NCBI RefSeq assembly: GCF_036916985.1
Contig: NZ_JBALFD010000014.1
Coordinates: 103,123 to 167,122 of the forward strand
DNA: 64,000 nucleotides
Source: Nostoc sp.
Lineage (GTDB): Bacteria; Cyanobacteriota; Cyanobacteriia; Cyanobacteriales; Nostocaceae
Reading direction: 5' to 3'
Numbering within the stretch: the stretch's first letter is position 1; each line of letters begins with the position of its first letter. This document shows, piece after piece, positions 29,301 to 38,237 of the stretch. The notes beneath the pieces were generated by a model. That model did not search any database. It had not been told where the DNA came from and saw only the letters and a list, made by a program, of their open reading frames with translations. The position numbers and the translations under genes are program-made.

Positions 29301-30018
29301 GCGGGATGTGGGAGCAGAATTGCCCAATCCGTTGCCTGAAGTTCCAGACAAGGTAGATTTAGAAGAATTGCAGAAAGAATTGCGATCGCTTACCAAACGC
29401 TTACAGGCAATGGAACCTGTTAATATGCTGGCGTTGGAAGAATACGAACGCACTCAAAACCGTCTCCAAGAACTCACCCAAAAATTAGAAACACTAGAAG
29501 GAGAACGCACCGAACTACTTTTGCGGATTGAAAACTTTACCACATTGCGGCAACTTGCCTTTAAAGAAGCTTTCGATGCCGTTAATGAAAACTTTCAATC
29601 AATTTTTGCCATTCTTTCCGACGGCGACGGCTTCTTACAACTCGAAAATCCCGAAGATCCCTTTAGCAGTGGATTGAATTTAGTCGCGCACCCCAAAGGC
29701 AAACCCGTACAGCGCCTAGCTTCCATGTCTGGGGGAGAAAAATCACTCACAGCCTTGAGCTTTATCTTTGCCCTGCAACGCTACCGTCCATCGCCATTTT
29801 ACGCCTTTGACGAAGTAGATATGTTCCTAGATGGGGCAAACGTAGAACGATTAGCTAGAATGATTAAACAACAGTCACAACAAGCGCAATTTATAGTTGT
29901 GAGTTTGCGTCGTCCGATGATAGAATCAGCCGAACGCACAATTGGCGTTACTCAAGCACGAGGAGCTTACACTCAAGTTTTGGGGATTAAGTTACAATCA
30001 TCCAATACATCTGCTTGA
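26386..30018 (+). CDS. smc: chromosome segregation protein SMC
   Basis: N-terminal 'ISGPNGSGKSN', long coiled coils, a hinge ('GLCGLV...'), and C-terminal 'LSGGEKSLTALSFIFAL' plus 'FYAFDEVD'. Confidence 0.97.
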   Translation: MVHIKRVELTNFKSFGGTTSVPLLPGCTVISGPNGSGKSNILDALLFCLGLSSSKGMRADRLPDLVNNTQTAKGRASIEASVTVTFDLSDEISHKDTKPQREEVEEVGEVGEENPKSKIQNPKSAEWSVTRRLRVTHQGTYTSNYYINGEACTLTELHGELSNLRVYPEGYNVVLQGDVTSIISMNARERREIIDELAGVAAFDRKIVQAKSTLDEVKEKEDSCRIIETELTAQRDRLSQDRAKAEKYQKLRTEFLAKQSWEAVLSWRSLQAQQEKLVHEIQTGDRNFTELTTQLTNLNSQIVQKTAELEQLNAHVKALGEDELLAVQSTLATQEAERKQLQRQLTELQTASQETAKRLTQTQQEIQKHHHSLEEIAETHIVETRFIASSQQQRNEAQQALESSREAAAEIASASEAWVQQQTAFNRQIEALLHTLEPQRTEQAQLRERNNQLQQLIQEQTQLIERDEPLLAEKQTECYRVETEFNASSEPIQNLAQNLSATEQELQIQQETQKRLLSEQREKQRQLDKIEAQAQAQQEVQGTQASKVILQSGIPGLCGLVVQLGKVEPRHQLALEMAAGGRLGHIVVEDDSIAAAGIELLKQKRAGRATFLPLNKIHAPKFTQDATLRFASGFVNYAVNLVDCDRRYKDVFSYVFGNTVVFASLEAARKNLGLYRIVTLDGELLETSGAMTGGSNSNRSALRFGNAEAAESDEAIALKSRLVDIERVLERCTEAIATLSTRTKKLTQELTESRQARREQQLQLEQLQKDIKSLTTQLEGTRSQLAQNSQKLATAQSRLEILERELPGQENELQQLRHALAELEASQTPSEWQQIQATIKIQEQQLQQRETALREAEQRLKNLENQQQRLQEKIQEGEERISQYHHEQEAQQNQLNTLSTQHSALSTLITQTRANLSLMEQNLGEEKQKRDATELEVRSHLLRQQQLEWEIQKLQETQEKRREELIALQTQLRDVGAELPNPLPEVPDKVDLEELQKELRSLTKRLQAMEPVNMLALEEYERTQNRLQELTQKLETLEGERTELLLRIENFTTLRQLAFKEAFDAVNENFQSIFAILSDGDGFLQLENPEDPFSSGLNLVAHPKGKPVQRLASMSGGEKSLTALSFIFALQRYRPSPFYAFDEVDMFLDGANVERLARMIKQQSQQAQFIVVSLRRPMIESAERTIGVTQARGAYTQVLGIKLQSSNTSA
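26690..26756. repeat. in-frame heptamer arrays (ggaagta-like, then aaatcca) inside smc
   Basis: gaggaagtagaggaagtaggggaagtagggg...aaaatccaaaatctaaaatccaaaatccaaaatc encodes 'EEVEEVGEVGEENPKSKIQNPKS'. Confidence 0.9.
29077..29107. repeat. in-frame STRR array (ctcagca)n inside smc
   Basis: ctcagcactcagcactcagcactcagcactc encodes 'LSTQHSALSTL'. Confidence 0.9.
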
Positions 30019-30218
30019 GTTTTTGTTAATAATAGTGTATAGATAAACCACGTAATGTCCGACTTTCTCTCAAACCTAACCCCCAACCTCTTCCCTACCA
30101 GCGAAAGAGAGCAAAAATCAAAGCCTCTCATCCACTGTGAGAGAGAAATTGAAGCGGGGTTCCAAGGAGAAGTCGCACATCGCGTTAAACCGGATTCGAG
30201 ATCAGGACTCGGTATAGA

Positions 30219-31214
30219 ATGACCTCCGAACAGATAATTAGGCGTTCCGACATATTAAATACCCAGGTGATTACCCGCGACAACGGCAAGCGGCTAGGCA
30301 TCATCAGTCAAGTCTGGGTAGATATCGATCAAAGAGAGGTTGTGGCTCTTGGTTTGCGAGACAGCCTGATCTCCATTTCGGGCATACCGCGCTATATGTA
30401 CCTCAACAACATCAGCCAGATTGGTGATGTCATCTTGGTTGATAACGAAGATGTCATTGAAGATATCGAAGTTGAATCTCTCAGTAATCTGATTAACTGG
30501 GAAGTAATCACAGAAACAGGTGAAGTATTAGGCAAAGTTCGGGGCTTCAAGTTCAACGGCGAAAACGGGAAGCTTGAATCTATAGTCATTGCTTCTTTAG
30601 GATTGCCCCAAATTCCCGATCAATTTGTCAGTACTTACGAGTTCTCAGTAGATGAAATTGTCAGCACTGGCCCCAATCGGTTAATTGTGTTTGAGGGAGC
30701 CGAAGAACGGGTAAACCAGTTGACAGTTGGTTTACTAGAGCGCTTGGGTATCGGTAAAGCGCCGTGGGAACGCGATGCAGAAGAAGAATACGGCTACACT
30801 CCACCACGTACAATTGCACCACCCAATCAACTACCTAGTGGAGTACCATTGCAACCACCCAGGCAAAAAGTTCGCGCCCCCGAACCCGTAGCGCGGGAAG
30901 AAGAATGGAATGAAGACTATGTGGAAGAGGAAAGGCCACAGCGTCAGGTAATGAAGGCGCGGCAGTATGAGTCTATTCAATACGAAGAAGACGAGGAAGA
31001 AGATAACTGGAGCGAAGCAACGGGCAACGACAGGTATCAACAACCGCAACCGCTAAAGTATGAAGCCCAGCCTTATAGCAAGCCTTATGTTGACGAATAC
31101 GATGATTATGACGACGTAGATGGCGATGCTTGGGAAGATGCGCCGAAGCCTGTGAATATTCCCAAGAAAGTCAAGGAAAGGCAGCCAGAATACGAAGAAG
31201 AAGGCGGATATTAA
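30219..31214 (+). CDS. PRC-barrel domain protein with acidic C-terminal tail
   Basis: Two PRC-barrel-like segments ('VITRDNGKRLG...', 'VITETGEVLGKV...') are followed by an E/D/Y-rich tail. Confidence 0.7.
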   Translation: MTSEQIIRRSDILNTQVITRDNGKRLGIISQVWVDIDQREVVALGLRDSLISISGIPRYMYLNNISQIGDVILVDNEDVIEDIEVESLSNLINWEVITETGEVLGKVRGFKFNGENGKLESIVIASLGLPQIPDQFVSTYEFSVDEIVSTGPNRLIVFEGAEERVNQLTVGLLERLGIGKAPWERDAEEEYGYTPPRTIAPPNQLPSGVPLQPPRQKVRAPEPVAREEEWNEDYVEEERPQRQVMKARQYESIQYEEDEEEDNWSEATGNDRYQQPQPLKYEAQPYSKPYVDEYDDYDDVDGDAWEDAPKPVNIPKKVKERQPEYEEEGGY

Positions 31215-31278
31215 TTAATTCGTAATTCGTAGTTCGTAATTTTCGGCTTAAATTACAAATTATTTCTCTGGTAAATTC

Positions 31279-31316
31279 AGCCCTCTCTTTGCAAGCAAGG
31301 AGGGGGCTAATTTTTG
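31279..31316 (+). terminator. candidate rho-independent terminator after the PRC-barrel gene
   Basis: agccctctc...ggagggggct imperfect stem followed by aatttttg. Confidence 0.45.
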
Positions 31317-31442
31317 AGGATAAGTGAGGGATTGGAGAATGTACTATCGGCTCAGAGGTAGATATTCAATTCGATCCTGGTATTCATCCTCAAACGAAGC
31401 TTCCACAATGATGATTAATTCTTCAACAGTTTGTCCAATGCT

Positions 31443-31709
31443 TCAGTTTGCATCAATGGTGAAAATTCCGGGAATATGACGACCTGAAGCTAAATGGTCA
31501 GTCAAATGTCCGGGCATAGACTTACGGTTATTCGTCACCAAAATAAATCCATTGGTTTCGCACCAAATCAAGATATCTGGATCTGGAGTGCCCTTGGGTG
31601 GCACATCTAAATCCCCAATGATTCGCACGACCAATTCAGGGTTGCGCCGCACAAGTTGGGAGCGATATGTAGGATTCAGATGTTCATCCAACAGATACCG
31701 GATTGCCAT
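31443..31709 (-). CDS. DUF5615 (Mut7-C/PIN-like) putative toxin, truncated by an in-frame TGA
   Basis: The ATG at 31709 overlaps the upstream stop (TAATG). 'ILIWCETNGFILVTNN' is the family core. The frame stays open for 32 codons beyond the TGA (see findings). Confidence 0.7.
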   Translation of the reverse strand: MAIRYLLDEHLNPTYRSQLVRRNPELVVRIIGDLDVPPKGTPDPDILIWCETNGFILVTNNRKSMPGHLTDHLASGRHIPGIFTIDAN

Positions 31710-32083
31710 TAGCTTTCCTGTAAATGCTTTGGAGCTTTTTCTTCCTGCATCCGCCGAAACCTCATCCTGGCAGGAGATGGATTTTGCTGTTGCTCTTCGC
31801 GTATGGTTCGGGAAAATTCCAACCAATCTACCAGATACGCATCAACTTCTGAACGATGATGCAAGTAATACAAAATCGTGGCGTAAACCTGTTCCAACGT
31901 CACCGTATGAAATTGTTCGGCAATTTCTTCTGGTGTTTTGCAGTGATAGATATACTCGTAAAGAATGCTCTCAATCCCAATGCGGGTTCCTTGGAGTCGG
32001 ATGTCATTTGGTGCAAGGGCGTTGAAATACTCTTCCAGTTTCATAAAGCAAGATTGCTCGAATGAACATTCCACTTCAATCAT
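31709..32083 (-). CDS. DUF433 putative antitoxin
   Basis: 'IRLQGTRIGIESILYEY..H.KTPEEIAEQF..VTLEQVYATILYY' is the DUF433 HTH-like core. The start may be the internal ATG at 32044. Confidence 0.7.
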   Translation of the reverse strand: MIEVECSFEQSCFMKLEEYFNALAPNDIRLQGTRIGIESILYEYIYHCKTPEEIAEQFHTVTLEQVYATILYYLHHRSEVDAYLVDWLEFSRTIREEQQQNPSPARMRFRRMQEEKAPKHLQES

Positions 32084-32209
32084 AGAAGAACACCGGGAAA
32101 CTCTATGATGAATGCTAAAACAGTTTGTAACTAATTAGTTAAGTGTTTAGAAACTCACGAAAAACTGCTAGCGTCAAACAAAGTAAAATATCGTTGTGGA
32201 CTTTCAAGC

Positions 32210-33934
32210 TTGAAAACCCGTTCTAATTACTGGCTACTACTGCCTTATATCCGACTCCAGTGGCAAACCATCGCCAAGGGACTTATTGGCATTTTGGGAT
32301 ACGTGCTAGCGACACTAGTATTGATCAATGTCGCTGGTAAATTGGCAATTCCCTTTGCCCAAGGTAATGTAGTAGCGATCGCTCAAATAACTGGTAGTTG
32401 TGCTTTAGTATTTCTTATCAGAGGCTTGTTTCAGTCTATACAAGATATGTATATGGCAAAAGCTGCTCTGAGAGTTGCTTTTCATCTCCGCCAACAAGTC
32501 TACGCCCATCTGCAAAAGCTAAATCTCAGCTATTTTGAAACTGCAAAAGCAGGTGATTTATCTTACCGCCTCACAGAAGATGTTGACCGAGTTGGCGAAG
32601 TGGTAAATAAAGTATTTCACGACTTTATCCCTTGCATTTTGCAGTTGGTAGCAATTCCGATTTACATGATTTACCTAAATTGGCAACTGACACTCGCAAC
32701 AGTGATAGTTGCGCCACTGATGGGTATTTTAGTCGGCTGGTTTGGGGAACGGTTACGCAAGTATTCCTTAAAAAGTCAAAATCGGGTGTCGGGTTTATCA
32801 GCCATCCTCTCAGAAGTTTTCAACGGTATTCGTTTGGTACAGGCTTTTGCTGCCGAAAATTACGAAATCGCCCGCTTTGGCCATGAAGCAGAACGCAGCC
32901 TGAAAGCGAAATACTCAGCCGAACAGCTAAAAGCAATTCAGATTCCCATCATCGGATTTTTGGAAGCCTTAAGTGCGTTATCGTTACTGATTGTGGGAGC
33001 GTGGCAAATCTCCCAAGGTAACTTGACAGTGGCGAATTTTTTCAGTTATCTGGCGGCGGCGGCGCTGTTAATCGATCCCATTGGTCATACTACTAACAAC
33101 TACAACGAATTTAAGCAGGGTGAAGCATCTGTTGACCGCGTTTTTGAATTGATGGCGATTCAACCGACGGTGATTGAAAAGACAAATGCGATCGCTCTCC
33201 CCCCAGTCAAAGGCAAGGTAGAATATCGTCATATTTCCTTCGCCTATAAGCCAGGTGAACCCGTATTAAAAGATATCAGCTTATTGGTATCGCCAGGTGA
33301 AGCGATCGCACTTGTGGGTGCTTCTGGTGCTGGTAAAACCACATTTGTCAATCTCCTCCCCCGTTTTTACGACCCCGAAGTTGGTCAAATCTTCATTGAC
33401 GATGTTGATATTCGAGATGTCAAGCTACATAGTCTGCGGCGACAAATTGGGATTGTTCCTCAAGAAACCATCATGTTTTCAGGAACGATTGCCCAAAATA
33501 TCGCCTTTGGACAAGATATTTTTGACATAAAAGCAGTTAAAGAGGCGGCAAAAATTGCTAATGCCCATCAATTTATTAGCCAACTACCAGAAGGTTATAA
33601 GACTTGGGTAGGCGAACGTGGGGTAAACTTGTCAGGTGGACAAAGACAAAGAATTGCGATCGCTCGTGCTGTTCTGCTCAATCCCCAAATCTTGATTCTT
33701 GATGAGGCGACATCAGCATTAGATTCCGAGTCAGAAGCATTGGTACAGGAAGCGCTGGAAAGATTGATGGAAAAACGCACAGTATTTATTATTGCTCACC
33801 GTTTATCGACAGTTAGAAGGTGCGATCGTATCTTAGTTCTCGAACAAGGGCAAATTGTCGAATCGGGAACCCATGAAGAATTATTAGCTCTAGAGCATCG
33901 CTATGCGCGGTTTTATGCCCAGCAGTTTAGCTAG
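32210..33934 (+). CDS. ABC exporter, fused permease/ATPase (MsbA-like)
   Basis: Six-TM N-terminal domain, 'GASGAGKTT', 'LSGGQRQRIAIARA' and 'LILDEATSALD'. TTG is the only plausible start. Confidence 0.9.
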   Translation: MKTRSNYWLLLPYIRLQWQTIAKGLIGILGYVLATLVLINVAGKLAIPFAQGNVVAIAQITGSCALVFLIRGLFQSIQDMYMAKAALRVAFHLRQQVYAHLQKLNLSYFETAKAGDLSYRLTEDVDRVGEVVNKVFHDFIPCILQLVAIPIYMIYLNWQLTLATVIVAPLMGILVGWFGERLRKYSLKSQNRVSGLSAILSEVFNGIRLVQAFAAENYEIARFGHEAERSLKAKYSAEQLKAIQIPIIGFLEALSALSLLIVGAWQISQGNLTVANFFSYLAAAALLIDPIGHTTNNYNEFKQGEASVDRVFELMAIQPTVIEKTNAIALPPVKGKVEYRHISFAYKPGEPVLKDISLLVSPGEAIALVGASGAGKTTFVNLLPRFYDPEVGQIFIDDVDIRDVKLHSLRRQIGIVPQETIMFSGTIAQNIAFGQDIFDIKAVKEAAKIANAHQFISQLPEGYKTWVGERGVNLSGGQRQRIAIARAVLLNPQILILDEATSALDSESEALVQEALERLMEKRTVFIIAHRLSTVRRCDRILVLEQGQIVESGTHEELLALEHRYARFYAQQFS

Positions 33935-34086
33935 TCAGAATTGCTTGACCAGGTTTTTTGAAAATTTTACTTTATCAATTTCTGTTCTGTTACGATAGAA
34001 CAATCAACCTGCACAGACAGTCTGTACAGGTTAAGCAAGAATATACTTAATTCAACTTACAAGTGTAAAGGAAACTCTTGATACTT

Positions 34087-34188
34087 ATGGTTTCTACTAC
34101 TTATACTTACACACAAGCACGAGAAAAGCTGTCTGAACTGTGCCAGAAAGTTACTTCAGAACGCATAATGGAGCCATGTTGCGGCTGA
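34087..34188 (+). pseudogene. Phd/YefM-type antitoxin N-terminal fragment
   Basis: 'MVSTTYTYTQAREKLSELCQKVTSERI' resembles the YefM N-terminus. The ORF then runs into unrelated sequence and stops after 33 aa. Confidence 0.45.
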
Positions 34189-34213
34189 TGCCCAAAGAAC
34201 CGGACGTACTAGG

Positions 34214-34426
34214 GTAATTGTGCAGGATAACGGGCCTATACACCGATGCAAAGAAGTACAAAAGCTGTAGTCAAAATGGGAACAGATGGGTTTGTACATC
34301 TTCTTTTTACCCGAATATTGCTCCGAAATGAACCCCATTGAATTGGAGTGGCAACACCTTAAGAAAAATGAACTATGTGGGCAAATATTCGATGATGAGC
34401 ACCACCATTGCTTACGCTGTAATTGA
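34214..34426 (+). pseudogene. IS630-family transposase C-terminal fragment with in-frame stop
   Basis: The frame reads 'VIVQDNGPIHRCKEVQKL*SKWEQMGLYIFFLPEYCSEMNPIELEWQHLKKNEL', matching the IS630 'LDN..IH...FLPPYSPELNPIE..W' DDE region. No N-terminal part is present. Confidence 0.7.
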
Positions 34427-34541
34427 TGGTATTCAAGCTAGGGGAAAAAAAGGAAACTACAGTACAGAGCGTGTCAAATTTAACTCCAATTCTTCAGGTT
34501 AAATTTTTGTTACATACTTATAAATTTTCCCACCCACCTAC

Positions 34542-35756
34542 TTACATCAAAGTGCAAACAACCCGAAAACCAAATCTACTATCAGTAACGCTTGCCATTT
34601 CAGAAAAGCGAGATGCAGAACGACAGCAATTTGGAGAAGAATCCCAAGAACCACCACGCAAAATTCGATATTCTTCATTGCCATCATTTAACCATACACT
34701 CCCATCTAAAGGTGCGCCTTGATAGTCTTCGTGTTCGTAATCAGCACACCACTCCCAAACTAGCCCGTGCATATCGCATAATCCAAAAGCATTAGCTGGA
34801 AAACTACCAACCTCTATTGTCTGCTGGTAATAAAAAGTATGAATATTTTCGTTATGTCCACAATAATTGGCTAAATTAGGCGTAATTATTTTGCCAAAAT
34901 GAAATGGAGTTGATGTTTGAGCGCGACAAGCGTATTCCCATTCAGCTTCGCTAGGTAAACGATATTTTCTTCTTGTTTGTCGTGAAAGTCGCTCACAAAA
35001 CTCTTGTGCATCATGCCAAGAAACTCTTTCTACAGGTAAGTTATCTCCCTTAAAACAAGATGGTTCCACTTTAAGACAGCGTTTAATTTTTGGAAGCTTT
35101 GCAATAACTCTCCACTGTGCTTGAGTAATAGGATACTTACCCATACAAAAGGGTTTTAAAGTGACTATGTGCTGGGGACGTTCATCTTCAAGTGATTCAG
35201 ATTCATCTTGAGGTGCGCCCATTTGAAATTTACCACTACCAATAGAAACTATTTCCAATACAATGCCATCTGCTAGACTCTCTATAAAATACTCAGCTTG
35301 TTTAAAATAACGCTTCGTTTCTATTCCTTGAGTGTCTATAGTTACAACTTCAAACTCGAACTTTGTGATAGCTGGTATTGTTGGAGGAGGAAGCAGTGGT
35401 GTTTGTACATTAGTTATAACTACAAACTTTTCATTTGTATCTGTAGGAGAAATATTAGATATAAGAGAAATCGGGGAATTTGCTTGTGAAGCTGTTTCAA
35501 TGCTGATTTTCTGGAGTATTTCTTGTATCTGTCGAAGGATTGCGGTCGTTTCTTCATTAATACCTTCGTTGATGATGCGATCGCCAATATGAATATTGTT
35601 GCTATCAGAGGTATTAACTATATATTTAGCTGACTGTACCAAATGCTGATTACTACTATTTTCTAGCCATCGTCGCAGTAGAGCAATATCCTTTTTATCT
35701 TTTTTACCATCTATGATGCGGTTAAGTATCGTGATTAACTCGTGAGGTGTAGTCAT
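34542..35756 (-). CDS. formylglycine-generating-enzyme (SUMF1/FGE-sulfatase) domain protein with extra N-terminal module
   Basis: C-terminal 'MGKYPIT.AQW...VSWHDAQEFC..L......YRLPSEAEWEYACRA...GL.DMHG.VWEWC...RILRGGSW'. The N-terminal 150 aa or so are unassigned. Confidence 0.8.
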   Translation of the reverse strand: MTTPHELITILNRIIDGKKDKKDIALLRRWLENSSNQHLVQSAKYIVNTSDSNNIHIGDRIINEGINEETTAILRQIQEILQKISIETASQANSPISLISNISPTDTNEKFVVITNVQTPLLPPPTIPAITKFEFEVVTIDTQGIETKRYFKQAEYFIESLADGIVLEIVSIGSGKFQMGAPQDESESLEDERPQHIVTLKPFCMGKYPITQAQWRVIAKLPKIKRCLKVEPSCFKGDNLPVERVSWHDAQEFCERLSRQTRRKYRLPSEAEWEYACRAQTSTPFHFGKIITPNLANYCGHNENIHTFYYQQTIEVGSFPANAFGLCDMHGLVWEWCADYEHEDYQGAPLDGSVWLNDGNEEYRILRGGSWDSSPNCCRSASRFSEMASVTDSRFGFRVVCTLM

Positions 35757-35842
35757 TCAATACCATCAAGTGTTATAAACATTTATTAAAAATAGTGTAA
35801 CTTTCTCTATCTCACTCGATAGCTAAACTAAGTGATCGCAGA

Positions 35843-35873
35843 CAAAAAATAGCACATCCTAAAGGATGGCTAT
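35843..35873 (-). terminator. rho-independent terminator downstream of ssb
   Basis: On the minus strand, atagccatcc-ttta-ggatgtgctat is followed by tttttt. Confidence 0.7.
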
Positions 35874-35935
35874 TTGTAGAAATTGTCTAATTGTGATGTT
35901 AGTTAGCAAATTGAATACAGGCTCAACTACCAACT

Positions 35936-36481
35936 TTAGAACGGAATGTCATCTGGATCTGGTTCTTGCTCTTTCACTGCTGGATAAGTGGTTCGCTCAT
36001 AATTTGTGGGTTGGGATACGGGTTCGTAACTTGGCGCTGGGGTAGGTGCTGGACGTGCTGACTCGTAAGTGGGAACCTCTTTCTGTGGAGGACGAGATGC
36101 TGAAGGTGTTTGTCGTGGAGCAGTTTCAGTGAATGATGGGGTTACGGTTGCAGAGGGTAATGGATCGGTATCAAAACTACCTCCAACAGATTGAATTTGC
36201 TGCACCGTCAATTCAGCGCGTTTTTCTTTAAAACCTTCTTGACGCTCAACAGTATTCATCGTTAAACGTCCTACCAAGATGACGCGATCGCCTTGGTGGT
36301 AGTTTTGCTGAATTTCTGTCGCTAAATTCCCCCAGCCGACAACTTTCAGCGTGGCTGGCGGATCTTCTGGTTTCTGAGAATTGGGAAACTGCACTAGCAT
36401 TTCCGTGACTCCCAGATTATCCGCTGTATAGCGGAGTTGCGGCTCGTTAATAATTTCCGCCATCAAAACGCAGCTGTTCAT
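35936..36481 (-). CDS. ssb: single-stranded DNA-binding protein
   Basis: OB-fold N-terminus ('...LRYT.....V.E..V.F......W.........GD.V.V.GRL'), a P/T/S-rich linker and the acidic tip 'DDIPF'. Confidence 0.9.
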   Translation of the reverse strand: MNSCVLMAEIINEPQLRYTADNLGVTEMLVQFPNSQKPEDPPATLKVVGWGNLATEIQQNYHQGDRVILVGRLTMNTVERQEGFKEKRAELTVQQIQSVGGSFDTDPLPSATVTPSFTETAPRQTPSASRPPQKEVPTYESARPAPTPAPSYEPVSQPTNYERTTYPAVKEQEPDPDDIPF

Positions 36482-36752
36482 TAAAATTACTCCTGACTGT
36501 AAAAAGTGCTAATTGAAAAAGAGAGGGTTTTTCTATGTAGTGCCAATTAATATCTAGATATGTTTAATTGTTTGCATTTTTTAATAATGCCTGAGTTTTT
36601 AGTTATTTCTAGCATAAAAGCCAAGCGATCGCTTTGAACAGCATTGAGTATACTGTTCGCCACCCTCGCTTGACTAAATTGAGCATTCAATTCTGCATGA
36701 GTAGTATAATTGTACCACCCATTTCAGAAATAGAAAAAATTATTGGCAAAAA

Positions 36753-38012
36753 TTAAGTCTTGACGTGAACCGGAAAAACACCCAAGGCGATCAACCTGGC
36801 GGGAAGGTCGCGCAAGATGGGTAAGCGCAAAAACGCAGGTGGTACAAAGGTACGATTTGAATTGAGAACTGGGGCAAATACCCGCTTTTGGATAAAAGTT
36901 TGAAACGCCTGAATGATGCGTGTGGGCAACTCGCGTTGATGCTGTACTTTTGCTAGGTCGCTAGGTTGTACTTGGCGCTTCTTGAGTGGTTTGCTGAGTG
37001 CATTCGCCGTAATTACAGCATCTTGAATCGCGTAGTTAATCCCAACTCCACCAACGGGGGACATTATATGAGCTGCATCACCGATGAGTAGCAGCCCTGG
37101 ACGATACCAGCGTTTGACGCGGCTGGACTCCACTGAGAGAAAAGCTATTTGTGACCAATCATGTAAATTTTGAATGCGTTGCTGGAATTCTGGCAACACT
37201 TCGACAACAGATTTTTTTAATTCCTCCAAACCCTCAGCCCGTAATTGTTGATAGCCTCCCTTAGGGATGACATAAGCAACTTGCCACTCATCACCACGGT
37301 CAAGCATGGCGATGATATTACCTTGACCAAAGCGCCCCATTCCCCCTTCAGGGTCTTCTGGCTGACGCAGTAGGCGAAACCAAAGGACATCCATTGGTGG
37401 CGAGGTTTCGATTGATTCAAACTCACCCAGGTGGCGTAAACGTGAGTGGCGACCATCTGCACCCACTGTCAGTATTGCCCGAATTTCATGCCAGCCACCC
37501 CCTCCCCGATAGCGGACACCTTGAATTACGCCATTTTCGGCAATTAATTCCTGTACATTCGCACCCATCACCAGATGGAAACTAGGATATTTTTGTGCTT
37601 CTTGGGTGATGAACTCCAGGAATTTCACCTGCGGAAGCATCGTAATGTAGGGGTAGCGGGTTTTCAGATGACTAAAATCTGCGAATGTGACAGTATCTTG
37701 AGCAGTTTGAATACTAATTTGGCGCATTTTGGTATGGGGAAGTTGTAACAAGCGATCGCTAAGTCCCAATTCCTCCATAATTTCCATCACCGATGGATGA
37801 ATCGTATCGCCGCGAAAGTCGCGATCGAAGTCTTTGTGTGCTTCCAGCAACATCACAGAAATGCCTTGACGCGCTAACAACAGTGCTAATACTGCTCCTG
37901 CTGGGCCCCCACCCACAATGCAACAATCTGTGGTTTGTACGTCTACAATGTCATGGATAGGATTAATACTTGGGTCTTGGGAAAGATTTTTAGGTATATC
38001 GGTAGTCATCAC
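36753..38012 (-). CDS. FAD-dependent monooxygenase (UbiH/PHBH-like)
   Basis: 'DCCIVGGGPAGAVLALLLARQG' dinucleotide fold, 'GADG..S..R' and 'LIGDAAH.MSP.GG.G.N'. Confidence 0.85.
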   Translation of the reverse strand: MMTTDIPKNLSQDPSINPIHDIVDVQTTDCCIVGGGPAGAVLALLLARQGISVMLLEAHKDFDRDFRGDTIHPSVMEIMEELGLSDRLLQLPHTKMRQISIQTAQDTVTFADFSHLKTRYPYITMLPQVKFLEFITQEAQKYPSFHLVMGANVQELIAENGVIQGVRYRGGGGWHEIRAILTVGADGRHSRLRHLGEFESIETSPPMDVLWFRLLRQPEDPEGGMGRFGQGNIIAMLDRGDEWQVAYVIPKGGYQQLRAEGLEELKKSVVEVLPEFQQRIQNLHDWSQIAFLSVESSRVKRWYRPGLLLIGDAAHIMSPVGGVGINYAIQDAVITANALSKPLKKRQVQPSDLAKVQHQRELPTRIIQAFQTFIQKRVFAPVLNSNRTFVPPAFLRLPILRDLPARLIALGVFPVHVKT

Positions 38013-38237
38013 AACACCTCCTGACAGCCCTAAAATTTAGGGTAGTTTGCTTTTGATGGTGCAAGCTATTTTTTTAACTTTTCGTATTTACTCTAAACGT
38101 GTATTATGATTGGCGCTAAACTGTCATTGGTCATTTGTCATTTGTCCAATGCCCCTTAAGAGTGCTGAGTGGGGAATCTCATTTCTTTACTCGGAACTCG
38201 GAACTGTTTTGCCCCATGCCCAATCCCCAAATTAGTT

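Noticed and set aside
31552-32065. Plus-strand ORFs (157 and 69 aa) across the first DUF433/DUF5615 pair
   Set aside because: They are antisense to two ORFs with recognisable family cores and have no motifs of their own.
34423-34795. Plus-strand ORFs (99 and 67 aa) overlapping the 3' end of the FGE-domain gene
   Set aside because: They are antisense to a strongly supported FGE domain, and the 5' part of the first is IS630 remnant.
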